Both the position numbers and the translations under genes were made by a program. A DNA stretch of 64,000 nucleotides from Fimicolochytrium jonesii (Eukaryota), in assembly GCF_025526975.1 (NCBI RefSeq), contig NW_026515671.1:62001-126000 (forward strand). The letters run 5' to 3'. The notes below the pieces were generated by a model. It was not told where the DNA came from and did not search any database. It worked only from the letters and a program-made list of their open reading frames with translations. This document shows, piece by piece, positions 1 through 12,369 of this stretch (position 1 is the stretch's first letter; each line of letters opens with the position of its first letter).

Positions 1-1019
1 ACACCGGTGCAGATACTGAGGGGATCAATGCGGCCATGACGCAGCTTTTGGATACGTTTAAGGAATTGCAGGCGCCGGGTGGTGGGCCGTCGCCTTTGGA
101 TGCGTTGTTGGCTTCGGCGGCGGCGGCGGGGTCGGAACCGCCAACTGCGGCGTCAGCGAGACAGGCACCTGCGAAAGCATCGTCGCAAGCACCAGCAGCA
201 GCAGCAGCAGCAGCATCACAAACAAAAACCATCATCCCACCGTCAGCGTCATCGACAACAACAACAACAACAACAACAACATCCAACCCCAACCCCAAAT
301 CATTCCACGATGCCGTATCCCAAACCATGAACAAACTACGTACGAGTTCCGACAAGGTAGAGGCAGAGGTTGCCGAAAGCGCCAAGCTAGCGGCTCTGAC
401 AGGCGGCCTCGTCGGTGACGACGCGGCAATGGAGCAGATGATGAAGGAGCTTGAAGGCCTCATGAGCTCCGGGGATTTCGATAACGTGTTTGGCGGGTTG
501 ATGGATCAGTTAATGTCGAAGGAGTTGTTGCATGAGCCGATGAGGGATTTGGCTGCGAGAGTAAGTATTCTCGGGAATCTTGGTGTTTTGGGTAGGAGAC
601 TCATCATTCTTTTACGTTGCTTGCAATGTAGTACCCGCCATGGCTATCAGCCAACGAAAGCACGCTCTCCACCGCCGAGATCGAAAAGTACAAACAGCAA
701 CACGCCTACGTCCTCGAGATTGTAAAGATATACGACGCATCGACGTCCACGGAGGGAACGCCGGATGAACAGAAACGCGTTGCTGAGCTTATGCAGAAGG
801 TTCGCGCCCCCAACCCCACCTATCGACATGCGCCATAGTCACCGCTCACGTCTAATCCGCTTCTCTATCCTCAACCAGATGCAAGAATCAGGCAGCCCCC
901 CCAACGAGATCCTCCAAGAACTCGCTCCAGGTCTCGAGCTCGGGCCAGACGGGACCCCCAAATTGGGCGGGCTCGGGGGGTTAGGCGGTGTGCCTGGCCA
1001 GGAATGTAGTATCATGTAG
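1..1019 (+). CDS. PEX19: Peroxin 19 (peroxisomal membrane protein import receptor), 5' end probably outside window
   Basis: Contains LMDQLMSKELLHEPMRDLAAR, then GT-AG intron 561-631, then YPPWLSANE...KYKQQHAYVLEIV, intron 800-878, then MQESGSPPNEILQEL. Ends in the CaaX box ECSIM-stop typical of Pex19. Confidence 0.93.
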
Positions 1020-1598
1020 CGGTGTGGGGGTAACTAGTGTGGTGATTATGTAGGCGATGCAGATTCTCAGCTTTTATGGTAGCCTGCACCGGTTGTCTTG
1101 ATGCCCTCACGTTGCTGCTACGGTGTTGTTTTTTGTTCTGTATACCAAAATTTTAGATAGACTGATTTTAGTCGGAAATAGCATCGCAACGTAAGTGTTG
1201 CCTCCAATCGATTCTATATGGTAACTTCACAAAGCCCATTCGTTCTTCAGTACATAGAAAAAAGACTCAGGAAACCAAACCAACAAAGAATGAACCAACG
1301 TTGCGAAATCAATAAATAGAAAAACATAATATAGTCTAACGTAAGGTGAGCCCCCCCGTAGAGAGAGAGGCGAGAGTCAGATGGGGAAGCGGGTCCATAT
1401 TTGTTTCTGTGACAGAAACCCGGCCTATGCTACGGGAAGACCGACCCTAGCCTGGCGCTATGAGGTTGTGGGCCGAATCGGGGTATCCAAATGTCATGGA
1501 GATGCCGGTTTATGCAGCATTGGATGATTTGCATTGATGATGCTATGTGTGTGGATGGGTGGGTTGGGTGAAGGGGGAACGTGAGCTGGGATGGCGCT

Positions 1599-3006
1599 TC
1601 AAATGTCGTCAACGATGGCGCGTGCGGGACGGCCCTCATAGCAGATACGGTAGACGGTTGTGAAGAACGGGAAGCTGAACACAAAAGAAAACACATTTAG
1701 CCATCAGAATTCTCCAAACGCATTTGGCGGAGGAAAGAAGACGGTTACGTACTCAACGACCATATGCTTGGCCTTAAGGATATGGTGCACTTCGAGGGCG
1801 GTGAGGGTTCCTTGGAGTTTTTGTCCGTTGAGCATCTCTTGTTCGAGGACTTCGAAGGATTTGCCGGTTGTTACGTGGGCTTCTGCTACGCGGCGCTGTG
1901 AGGAGGGGACGATAAATGTCAGTTTGCTTTGCAAAGGGCCTAGCAAAGAGGAAGCCATCCCACGACCACTCACATTCCTCCCACCGAAACAAGTAGTAAT
2001 AACATCCGCAACCCCACAACTCTCAAAATACGTCTCGTCCCTGACACCTTTATAGAACGTCTGCGAGAACTTCTTCATCTCCATCAACCCGATCCGGATG
2101 ATGGCCGCTTTGGTGTTTTCGCCCATCTTGAGGCCGTCGACGAGCCCGGCGCCGATGGCTACGACGTTTTTGAGCGCACCGCAGAGCTCGACGCCCGCGA
2201 CGTCGTCGACGATTGCGACGCGGAAGTAGGGGGAGTTGAGCACTTTGCGGAAAGCTTCGCCGTTTTGCCGGTTTGTGCAGCCTGGAATTCGGGTGGTCAA
2301 AAGAGTCAGAAAACAGCCTTTTTGGGCAGCACTCTTCCTACGGTTATCGTTGGGGCGCGCCCACGTCACTCAGCACAGAGATAAAACATACCGATAGTAC
2401 TCTCACAAAAGTTCTCCTCAGCAACTTCCGAAGCAATATTCGCGCCCATCAAAACACTAACATCAATCTCCAAATGATCCTTAATCAAATCCGAAATCAA
2501 ATGCAACCCTCCCTTCGAAATATCCACGCCCTTAATCAATGAAATCGCCCTCGCCTCCGGGTGGATATTCCCCTTCAATTGTTCGCATACGCCTTTAACG
2601 AACTGATGCGGGATGACGAAGATGAGGAGTGTGGCGTCTTTCACCGCGTCGAGGAGTTGGGGCACGGCGACGACGTTCTCGGGGAGTTGGATGCCGGGGA
2701 GGTATTTGACGTTTTCGTGGCGGGAATTGATGATGTCGGTGAGACGCTGGCCTTCGACGATCTCTTCGAAGACCCACATGCGGACTTCGGAGTCATAGGC
2801 GGAGTGCTTGGTGACGTTGCGGCCGACGATTTTGGCAATGGCCGAGCCCCTGGGGAAAACGAGGCATGTGGGTTAATTCGGCGGAAAACGGGGAGCGTTT
2901 CGGCAGCGCCATTGGCAGACGCAACCGCGAAACCATCCTTTTACGCTCATACTTACCAGTTGCCCGACCCTATCAGGCAAACCTTCTCTTTTGTGATGTT
3001 GGTCAT
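1599..3006 (-). CDS. GPD1: NAD-dependent glycerol-3-phosphate dehydrogenase (spliced, ~5 introns)
   Basis: Motifs [66 protein letters not shown] and LNGQKLQG. Last exon [28 protein letters not shown] at 1599. Confidence 0.95.
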
Positions 3007-4821
3007 GTTTCGTGTTTGTGTCGACTGCAATTTGGATGGAGTGAGGGCGGTGCACTGTGGTGAAATTCCCCAAAAAAGCGAGGTTGAAAAACGTGGTGAC
3101 GCGAGCGAATATAAGAGCCCAGGTGACAACGACGGAGAGCGGTGGCGGCTACCTATGAGTGTGTATACAGTGCTTGCAATGAGTAACCAGAGCCAGAATG
3201 TATCTGCGATGTGAAGTGAACGTGCGAAGAGACCAAACGGTATTTCCGCGGTCCAAGAAAAATCTCGTGTTTGTCAAGGCTGCTCTCTCGCCAACAACCT
3301 GTGGAATCACGACGACGATATGATGCAACGCTCTTCTGGCAGCATGAGATATAGAAGAAGTTCTACACTCGGGCTTGCCCCCGGTAACCATAACAGCCAC
3401 AATCCACCGCATGGTAAGCGCCGAGCCAAAGGCCCAACAATGGCCGCGCAAGGGAAGCTCCGGTATACAAACATTCAAACAGGAGCCGCGCAAAAAAGTA
3501 GAATCCCAGCGGAAATGGCCCAAAATACTCACTTTGGATACCCACGCACGCCGTGCCCACGAGGGTAGAGTTACGCTTAACGGTTGAGAGGTGAAGCGCA
3601 CGAATGAGGGTTGCGCGAGTGGTGGGGATAAGCTGCTGGGTACCGAAGGTCGCCAGAGAGCGAAATACGGGATTCATGGTCACAGAGCGAGGCTTGCTGG
3701 CGTTTTGAGGTTTCGAAAAAAGTCCTCTGGTCGTTGTATGGAACTGTGTGTCGAGACTCGAGATCGATGGGGAGGACACAGGGGCTTGCGGCAAGGTCCG
3801 GATGCGAGCGTAATGATAAGATCTGATGGGCTTCAATCTCTCGATAGACCCTGGGCTACCGTCCAAGTTGTCCGTCCGTCTAGAACCGTTATGGTTTCGA
3901 TGTGCGCCTGATGTGCGCAGACGCTCCGCCAACGCGATGTTCGCCAGGCCATTTGTCCCCGGTGGACTGACTGAGGCGCCTTTTGGCATGGACCAGCTTC
4001 TCGCTTCAACACGATCGAATCCTCCTCTCAGGAACACCGTCTACTAGTTATGAGCACCACCCCACCGTCCGGGTTCCAACTGGGAACGTACCGCGGGACA
4101 GTGTCCTGAAGAGCCGAAGAGAGCCACGTTTCAGAAAAAGCGCCGTCCCCATCCTGCAGAACGAAAACATTGAAGCTCTTGAGAAATAGATTTCGGGCAA
4201 CGGAGGGGGTCTGCAAAGATCATCGGCGCCCCCATTTCAAGCGTACCACGAGAGACAGAGGCTCTTGCTGTGCGGCATGCATGCAATAAAATCATCCAGA
4301 CGCTCTTGACCAACAGAGACGGGGTCAAAATTTGTACTTTTACTTTGCGAAGCTGTTTCCGGCATTTCCGCTGCGATCCTATTTGGTGGCCTCGCAGTCG
4401 AGGCTGAAAGAACGGGTGGAACAAGGGATACGTTTAGGTCGTGAATTACTTTTTCTTGGGCGGGTACCAGGGGGTATGAACTGATAGATGGGAAAGGACT
4501 GGATTACTGATTTGTGCACGTATTATCCGACTTTGATTGAAGGAACGGCGCCGTTATCGAAAGGGCTGCGAGAACGTATTCATGTCATGCTCCAAGAATC
4601 TCATTAAAGTCATAAAGCAGCCAAAGTGTACAAAATAGTGAAGGAAGTGTACAAAATAGTGACGAAAAAAGTGTCCAAGGAATGTGGGTATGATAGGATG
4701 AGAAGCCCCAAAGAGAGGAAATAAAGCAGAACAAAAATAAGCACTATCCACATGCGTCGGGTGCACACAGAAGTCAAAACCAAGTCCGTAAGTAAAGAGT
4801 GTCTTCCAAGTCCGACCAACC

Positions 4822-7800
4822 CTACTCCATCTTATGCAACATCTGCTGTGACACCAGATCCGCATACAACCCTTGCCTCTGCACAAGCTCTTCATGCGTG
4901 CCGCTCTCGGCAACGCGTCCATTCTTGACGACATAGATACAGTCCGCGTTCTGGATGGTTGAGAGACGGTGGGCAATGACGACAGTGGTGCGGCCTTTTG
5001 CGGCGGCGTCGAGGGCTTCTTGGACGACTTTTTCGGATTCGGAGTCGAGCGCGGAGGTCGCTTCGTCGAGGAGCAGGAGCTTTGGGTGGCGGATGAGGGC
5101 GCGGGCTATGGCGATGCGCTGGAGGAGGAGGGAGGAATTTGGTATTTGCTTGTATCGGAACTTGAAAGAGAAACAGACAACACGGGACATACCTGCTTCT
5201 GCCCCCCTGAGAGCTGCCCACCCTTTTCTCCCACAAGCGTATCATACCCCTGAGGCAACGACGCAACGAAATCATGAATATTCGCTTGACGCGCCGCAGC
5301 CTCGATCTCCTCCGAAGTAGCAACGCCCCCGATCGCGCCGTACGCGATATTCTCCCTGATCGACAGATCGAACAGCACGGGCTCTTGTCCGACCAGCGCC
5401 ATCTGCTCGCGGAGGTAGGTCGTGTTCCATTCACGGACATCGAGGCCGTCGAGATCGGCGTGTCCGGATGCGACATCGTACCAGCGCTCGAGTAAACCCA
5501 GGACTGTGGATTTTCCACACCCAGAGTGCCCTACAAGCGCGACGGTCTTGCCGACATCGGCGCGCACGTTCAAACCACGAAGCACCTTGGTGTCCGGACG
5601 CGTCGGGTACACAAAGTGTGCGTCGGTGGTAGACGGCAGACCACGCGTATCCGAGGGCCGCTGTCCAGAGGTAAGCGTGGCGTCAATTTTGGAGTGGCGG
5701 TCAAGGATATCAAGCACGGCAATCGCAGCGAGTTTCGCTTTCGAGGCGTCGGGCGCAAAATTGGAGAGCTGACCGGCGGCCATGGCGGAGAAGATGATCG
5801 CAAACATGGCGCGGAGAACCGTGCTGGCGCTATAAGTTCCCCACAAGATCAGACGGGCTCCGTAGAAGAAGGCGAGGGCGTAGGTTAAGAACACGGTACT
5901 CTCAGCACTAGCGAATCCAACGGCGCTCACAAAGGCGCCGTTGATGACCATCTTGTGCGGCACCTCGACCAGCTTGGCGTATTTGTCAACGAAGGCTTGC
6001 TCCTGGGTCAGAGTCTGCACGGTGCGGACGCACTCAATGGCTTCATTTGCGGTCTGGTTGGCGGAGATGTACGCCTTACGAGATTTCTGGCCAAAACCAG
6101 TCAGCGAGCGTAGTTGGAGGTAACCTCCACCGGCAATGATGGGCACACAGGCGAGGACGACGAGGGTGATTTGCCAGCTGGATGCAAAGGCGATGGTGAG
6201 GCCGACAGCGAAGTTCGAAATCAGACTGGAGAAATTGGGAGCGGCAAGATGTTCGTGTATCAGTGACGGACTCGCAAAATGCCACGCTGCATGTAGGGAA
6301 CATACCCGACGATCTGCGCGAATGTCGCTCCAGTCAGACCCTGCACAAGAGTCGCATCCTCAGCCAATTTTGCGGTCAAGGCACCCGTGTTATTATCCTC
6401 CTCATCAAAGAACCCAATCTCCTGCTTCACCAAGGACTGGAACGACATCATCCTCAACCGGGTGGTCAGCTTATCGCCGGCAATGCGCAAAAGTCCAAAC
6501 TGCAAAAAGTACGCGACGAACGCCGCGATGGCCAACAGCAAAAAGTACAGGGCGTATCGATTGGCTTGGCGTTCCATCTCGTCCAGATCCTGGATTCCAA
6601 AGACGCGGAGGATGTTCGTGAAGATGACCGAGAACACCGGCATGACGGCGCCCGTTCCGCACGCTGCTACAATGCCGATCCACATGTACCAGAACTCGGG
6701 CCGGTTGAAGCGAAGGATGCGCCAGAGATCGACTTTGCGTTTGAGGAGGTCGGCTTTACGCTTTTCCTCCTCTTCTTCCTGCTCCTCTTTTGTCTTCCTG
6801 ACCAGCGAGTTTTGGCGCTTGATGGACGAGTTCCTTCGTGCAACGGCTGCAAGGCTCTCCTTGCGAGTGGGCTTGGCAGGCGCTCCGGTAGGGTCAACTT
6901 CAACAATGTCGATGGTCGCCGGGGCGTCTCCGAGAGACTTGCGTGGCTCTTCCGCAACGGCCGGGATTTCCTCGACTTCTCCGAGCGCAGGCAGGTCCTC
7001 GGCAGAAGCGCTGGGAGAGTCCGCCGAGCGGCCCCTCAATCTCTGCGCATCGACCAGACCGCGGTACACACCGTCCTTGGCGTACAATTCATCGTGCGTT
7101 CCCGTCTCGACAATGACTCCTCTGCTCATGACGACAATCATGTCGGCGTTCTTGATAGTCGACAAACGGTGGGCAATCACAATGGTCGTGCGCCCGGTTG
7201 CGGCTGTCTCCAAGGCAGCTTGCACGAGGCGCTCGGACTCGGTGTCGAGTGCAGATGTCGCTTCGTCGAGCAGTAAAATTCGTGGATCCCTGATAACCAC
7301 ACGTGCAATGGCGATGCGCTAGGTGGGTAGAAGATTGTACGGTATGTTAGGTCTGGGGTGTCCGGACATAACCAGCACACAAGTAAACCACGAGTTAATC
7401 TGATACACATACCTGCTTCTGTCCTCCACTGAGCATACCTCCAGCCTACGGGGAAATCCAAGTTAATACGTGGGCAAAAAACGGGAAAATTTGAACCCGG
7501 TGTATTACCTCGCCGACAGAGGTGTGCACGCCTTGCGGGAGGTTCTGAATGAATCCCCACGCATTGGCAGCGCGACACGCCTTCTCGACCATCTGGTCAA
7601 GCTCCGCTTCGCTGAACTTGGCAGGATCGACGCTGAGACCATATAGGATGTTGGACCTGATCGATGTGTCGAACAACGTGGGCTCTTGAGAAACGATGCC
7701 GATCTGGCGACGGAGCCAGCCGACATTCAGGGAGGAGATGTCGCGTCCGTCGAGGGTCACGGAGCCGGCGATGGGGTTGTAGAATCGTTCAACGAGCTTG

Positions 7801-9348
7801 ACGATCGTGCTCTTGCCTGAACCGGAGGCACCGACGAGAGCGACCGTGGTTCCGGCCTTGATGTTCAGGGAGAAGTCCTTCAAAATTGGAACATCGGGGC
7901 GAGATGGGTAGTGGAACGACACGCCCTTGAATACGATGTCTCCATCTACATGGTCAGGACGTTCACCGTTGGGAGAGGAGGCATCGATCGGAGAGTTGCG
8001 CTCGATTGTTCCAAAGACGTGGTAAGCGGCGCCTTGGGCACTCGCGAGGGCACCGAAGAAAGGAACGGCCTGTCCAAGAGAGAAGGCTCCGATGATCAAG
8101 GCGAAGAAGCAATTCAGAACCTCCTCGCCCGTCAATAAACCCTGCTTGATCCCACGGGCCCCGTACCAGAAAGCCATCGAGTACACGCAGAAGACGATGA
8201 GCTGCACAAGAGCGATGCCCCCTGCGCTCGAGACGCTCTTCTTGATTGCCTCCTTCTCGGCTTTAACGAGCAACATGTCGTAGCGTTCGACCGCACGCTT
8301 CTCTCCTCCAAAGGAGACAACCGTCCGAATGCCGGACAGCACTTGCTGCGCGACGCCGCCAGCAGCAGCGTATGCAGTGTTGCCGCTAGCGGAGGATTCG
8401 TTTAGCGCTCTGGCCATGAGGCCTGCGGCACCCATGATGAGTGGCAAGCAGGCAGTGAGGACCAGGGCCAGCCGCCATGACTTGAAGTACGCGATGACAA
8501 ACCCCGACAGGAAGGTAACGCAGAACTGAATGATCAGGCCAACTTTGTCACTGAGACCTTCCTGAATCAGTGCAGTGTCGGAAGTGATGCGGGTCGTCAA
8601 TTCACCGGTATTAGTCGCATCAAACCAGCCGACGTCTTGCCTCAACAGCGCCTTGAAATACAGCTCGCGGATACGGCGTGCTTGGTTCTCTCCGGCAATG
8701 AGGAAGAAAGTCATTTGTGCGTAGGCACAGATGAAGAGCGCCACGGCGAGAATCACAAAGTAGACGGCGCCTCTGCGCGATTGATCATCTAAGTGATCGA
8801 CAGTTGCGGGCATAGAAGGATCGAACCTAAAGTAAGCTCCTGTGATGTCGGCTTTAGATGAAAAGAGACGGAACCAGTCGTTTAGTATGCGTCTCAAAAA
8901 CGGTGAAGCCTTCACGTTGACGTGAATGATACATACAGAAGATGATAGTCTAAGGAAGTTCAAAAAGAGGTACGGGAGAAAACGTCAGTATACAGAGATT
9001 CAGACTGCGTGCATATGCAGCTCTACTCACCATTAACGGCATGCCGAGGCCGTGTCCTACAGCACCCAGAACGCCAAAGAAGACTAGAAGCTTATCCTGG
9101 AATGTCGCATACTTGTACAGCTCAAAGTAGCCAATTTTTGGCTTCGGCTCTTCCTTTGGTTTTTCCTTTTGGCTTTTGCTCTTTGAGAAGAGCTTTGAAA
9201 ACAAACCCCTTTTTTCCGCCTTATTAGTGGCGGTCGGCGAAATGGCAACTTTTTCAACCTCCGCGTCAACGTTTCCCGCCGTGACGGTGGGCACGGTGTT
9301 GTGCTTTTCGGGCATCTCAATGGTCTCGTATGTTGATGCCGCGGACAT
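4822..9348 (-). CDS. Full-length ABCB (MDR1/P-glycoprotein-like) transporter, TMD-NBD-TMD-NBD, ~6 introns
   Basis: Two NBDs with Walker [10 protein letters not shown] and GHSGCGKST, signature LSGGQKQ and Walker [12 protein letters not shown], plus two multi-TM domains. Start [15 protein letters not shown] inferred at 9348. Confidence 0.95.
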
Positions 9349-10552
9349 TGTAGCGGTGGGACTCGTGGGCGTAGTGGTGGTGAGCGTTGGAAAGTCCGCT
9401 GGGGAAACGGAGGTCTTGTGCTCCGTTGGCGTGAAGACACTCTCTTTGTATATGGAGGAAACTAGCTGCGCTCTTAGCTTGCTTCTTAGATCTAGGCAGT
9501 TGACAACAAACAGAACTCCGAATGAGTTTCCGAATGCGGAGGGGGCCGGGTTCCCTTTTATTTTATATATTTGCCGGCGGAGGTCGCTGGTTCCCCTGAA
9601 CCTGAATTTGAAGAAGGGCTTACTTCTCAACGTGTCTCCCCTTGCGTCTTTACTCCCACGCCGTGGAGCAACAACAACCCACAATTTTTGTCTTGTTGGC
9701 AGCAGGCCGAGTGGCACTTCCGATTTTTCATCGGATTCCACTTCCACAATCCGTTTGGCCTCGTCGTGGCAGGTGGAATGTGGGCCAGTTGGGCTGCGCT
9801 TTACCCTCTTTCTTTTGTTCTTTTCTGCTTGACCGAGATCCGAACGCGAGCGGAAGATCACGGACATCAAGATCTGATAACAAATTAAAGTTTCCGTTCG
9901 ATGCACATGCGCGCGCGCAGGATGTCCGAACTCCGGCCGCCTCCGAAACAATCCGACGCGGTGTCCGCAAATGGAAAGGGTCGCGTCTCCTTGGCAACTT
10001 TGCGATTCGTGAGCACCCTGATGAACGCAGGGTCGCAGAGATGGATGCTGAACGGCGAGTGGTGGTTATGAAAGTGGGCGGCGGTACGACGAAGCAAGGT
10101 CGAAGCATGCTGGCCAAGACGGCATAGTGATGTTCTTCTAGCCTCGTCTACAAGTGTCTTTCCGACGCACGCTTGACGATGTCTTCATAGTCAGAGTTAC
10201 ACTCTGGATCTTATAAAACAGAGGCTTCCGTTCCTTGACAGGTCGGATTCCAGCTATTTGACGTTGTCCTTTGTCGTATTGGCAGGCGCTCTTCTCTGGA
10301 CCTTTAGCAGTCCTCGCAGATGTACAGCGAATGTTCGGCATGAAAAGGATGGTGCGTCTTAAACAACAGTCTCCCACGAACGTTATTGAAGTTCATCTCA
10401 GCTTGGGCGCACGAGGGCATGACAAGAAAGAAGATCCCCATGGATACGCAGGAACGGGGCTCTAGCATACTACCAAACTACATACATGATATAGACACAA
10501 TCCAAACTCTCAGCCAGGAAGAACAGCTACGCCTGGGTACCATCCGCCAGCT

Positions 10553-11862
10553 TCACAACCACCCGACCATCTCCCTCACCCCACAAGCGACTCTCGTCAA
10601 GCGCCCGACAGCCTCCGCAAAAGCATCCTTGTCATTCACATCAACAACATCCCCGCCAAGCTCAACCCACATCTCCGTCACGGATTTATCTTCGCACGTC
10701 TGCCGAGCGATTTTCACGCGGTATCCCTTCACCGTATTGATGTATGTGACCATGTGCTGATGAATGACGCTCATGAGGGGGACGTAGCGGGAGGTGGGGT
10801 TGGTTGAGTTGCCGGCGAGGATGCTTTTCGTTGCGTCTAGAAGGTCGGGGGAGGGCTTGGGGATGGGAATTTGGGAGGCGGCGTATATGCGGATGCCTGA
10901 AGGGTTGGTTGCGGCGGCGGGTGGTGTGTTCTCCATCGTGTGTTCTCCATCGTCGTCGCAGTAGGGTTGACTGGTGACGGGATGAGATCCAGACAAAAAT
11001 GCTTTCCCATGATTCTTTTGGCGCTCAATCGCACGTCCTGCCTCGGCGGCTCCATGTCGTCTTTGCACGCAACTCGGATCTGCGGAACCCGTAGATCGCC
11101 GTGCAAGTCGACGAGAATAGCATACGATTTCCTTGTATCCTTGTACATCCTAAAAAATCCCTCCTCGTTCTCGAAACACTGCATCAACCGGGTAATCTCA
11201 TCCTCACTGTATTCCCTAGCTTCGAACCAAGTACCCCAGCCCCGTGTCTTTCTAGCACTTACTATTGTCGCCGGACCGTCATTGCCTCGGTGGACTAGGC
11301 GACCGAATGAAGCCCACAGCTCCTGCTTTTTATCCGCCCTCAAGTTTGTAAGTCCTCTTGCGCACGCGATCGTCTCCATCTTCAGCTCGGACAAATCCTC
11401 GTCATGAATCCCGCTTGGCAAGGTGAAAAACAGGCGTTTTGCGTGCGGAGCCCAGCCGTGAAATTGGCGTTCGACTTCTCGGCCCAGGGCTTGCTTGGCA
11501 TCTGCGACCGCATCTGCGGTTCCTTCTATGATAATAGCTCTGCCTTTAATTTTAAAGAAAGCGGAGGTATTGCCCTGGGCGATGCTGGCTCTGACCAACT
11601 TGGACGGCGAGAGCTTGTAAATGGCCGGGATTTGCATTTGAAACTGGTCGAGACGGTTGGGTCGCTCATTTTGAGATTGTTGTTTGAGGAGAATCCCTCG
11701 TTTGCGAGGTTGGGTTGAATTCTGTCCGAGTTGGAAGCAGCTCTTCTGGAAAAAAATTAGCATCTCTTCGCTTACTTCTGCGGAAAAACAGAAATCAGCA
11801 CCGAGCTCCCATTGTTTGCCACCGTGGGGGAGACGTATTGAGTGGAGAATCCAATGCCACAT
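10553..11862 (-). pseudogene. Hypothetical protein with a possible KH-like segment, split into two frames by a 14-bp tandem duplication; true start uncertain
   Basis: ORFs 10837-11862 and 10553-11068 join in frame if one copy of GTGTGTTCTCCATC (10924-10951) is removed. IIIEGTADAVADAKQAL resembles the end of a KH domain. Confidence 0.5.
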
Positions 11863-12369
11863 GTCGGTTTCATCTCCACACAGACCGGCAGGACGCGCTG
11901 TCGATTTCCGTTATTGGCTCGAAGCACTCAGAGTACGTACTCCAATGACGATGAGCTCGCACACGAAAGGAAGTGTGGTTGCGGACCCCGACATTATCCA
12001 TCACCGACTCCAAGTCAGAAACGGCCATTACAGTACTACTCTCGATATGACCCAGTCGTGAGAAACTAGGAAAATGACATTGCATCAACGAATTTCAATC
12101 TTTTTTGTATGATAAAGGCACATATGAACGAGCACAGATACGTACAGTAGAAACATTTCCACTCTTGCTAGCGATAGAGAAGCATATAACGTTGACCCAA
12201 GGGGAATAAATTGGGTCGAGTGGAAGAACAAAGATTTTGGAAGGACTATCGGTGGAGGGTTCCTCATATACACCTGGCCATCCCAAGAGGTTGACCGATC
12301 CACCATACCGCCTCGGTAATTAAATTCCACATGACGCCCTCTCGCTCTCATCGACACCCTGTTCACTTC

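Noticed and set aside
4624..4662. AAGTGTACAAAATAGTGA duplicated downstream of the ABC gene
   Set aside because: A simple two-copy slippage repeat, not an array.
4955..8529. Long plus-strand ORFs (e.g. 6263-7276, 6387-7322) opposite the ABC transporter, and similar ones opposite the deacetylase, HSF1 and EF-G1
   Set aside because: These are antisense shadows of GC-rich coding sequence with no independent motifs.
9986..9999. X-box-like GTCTCCTTGGCAAC
   Set aside because: Single imperfect match upstream of a non-ciliary gene, and no full X-box was seen before TMEM17.
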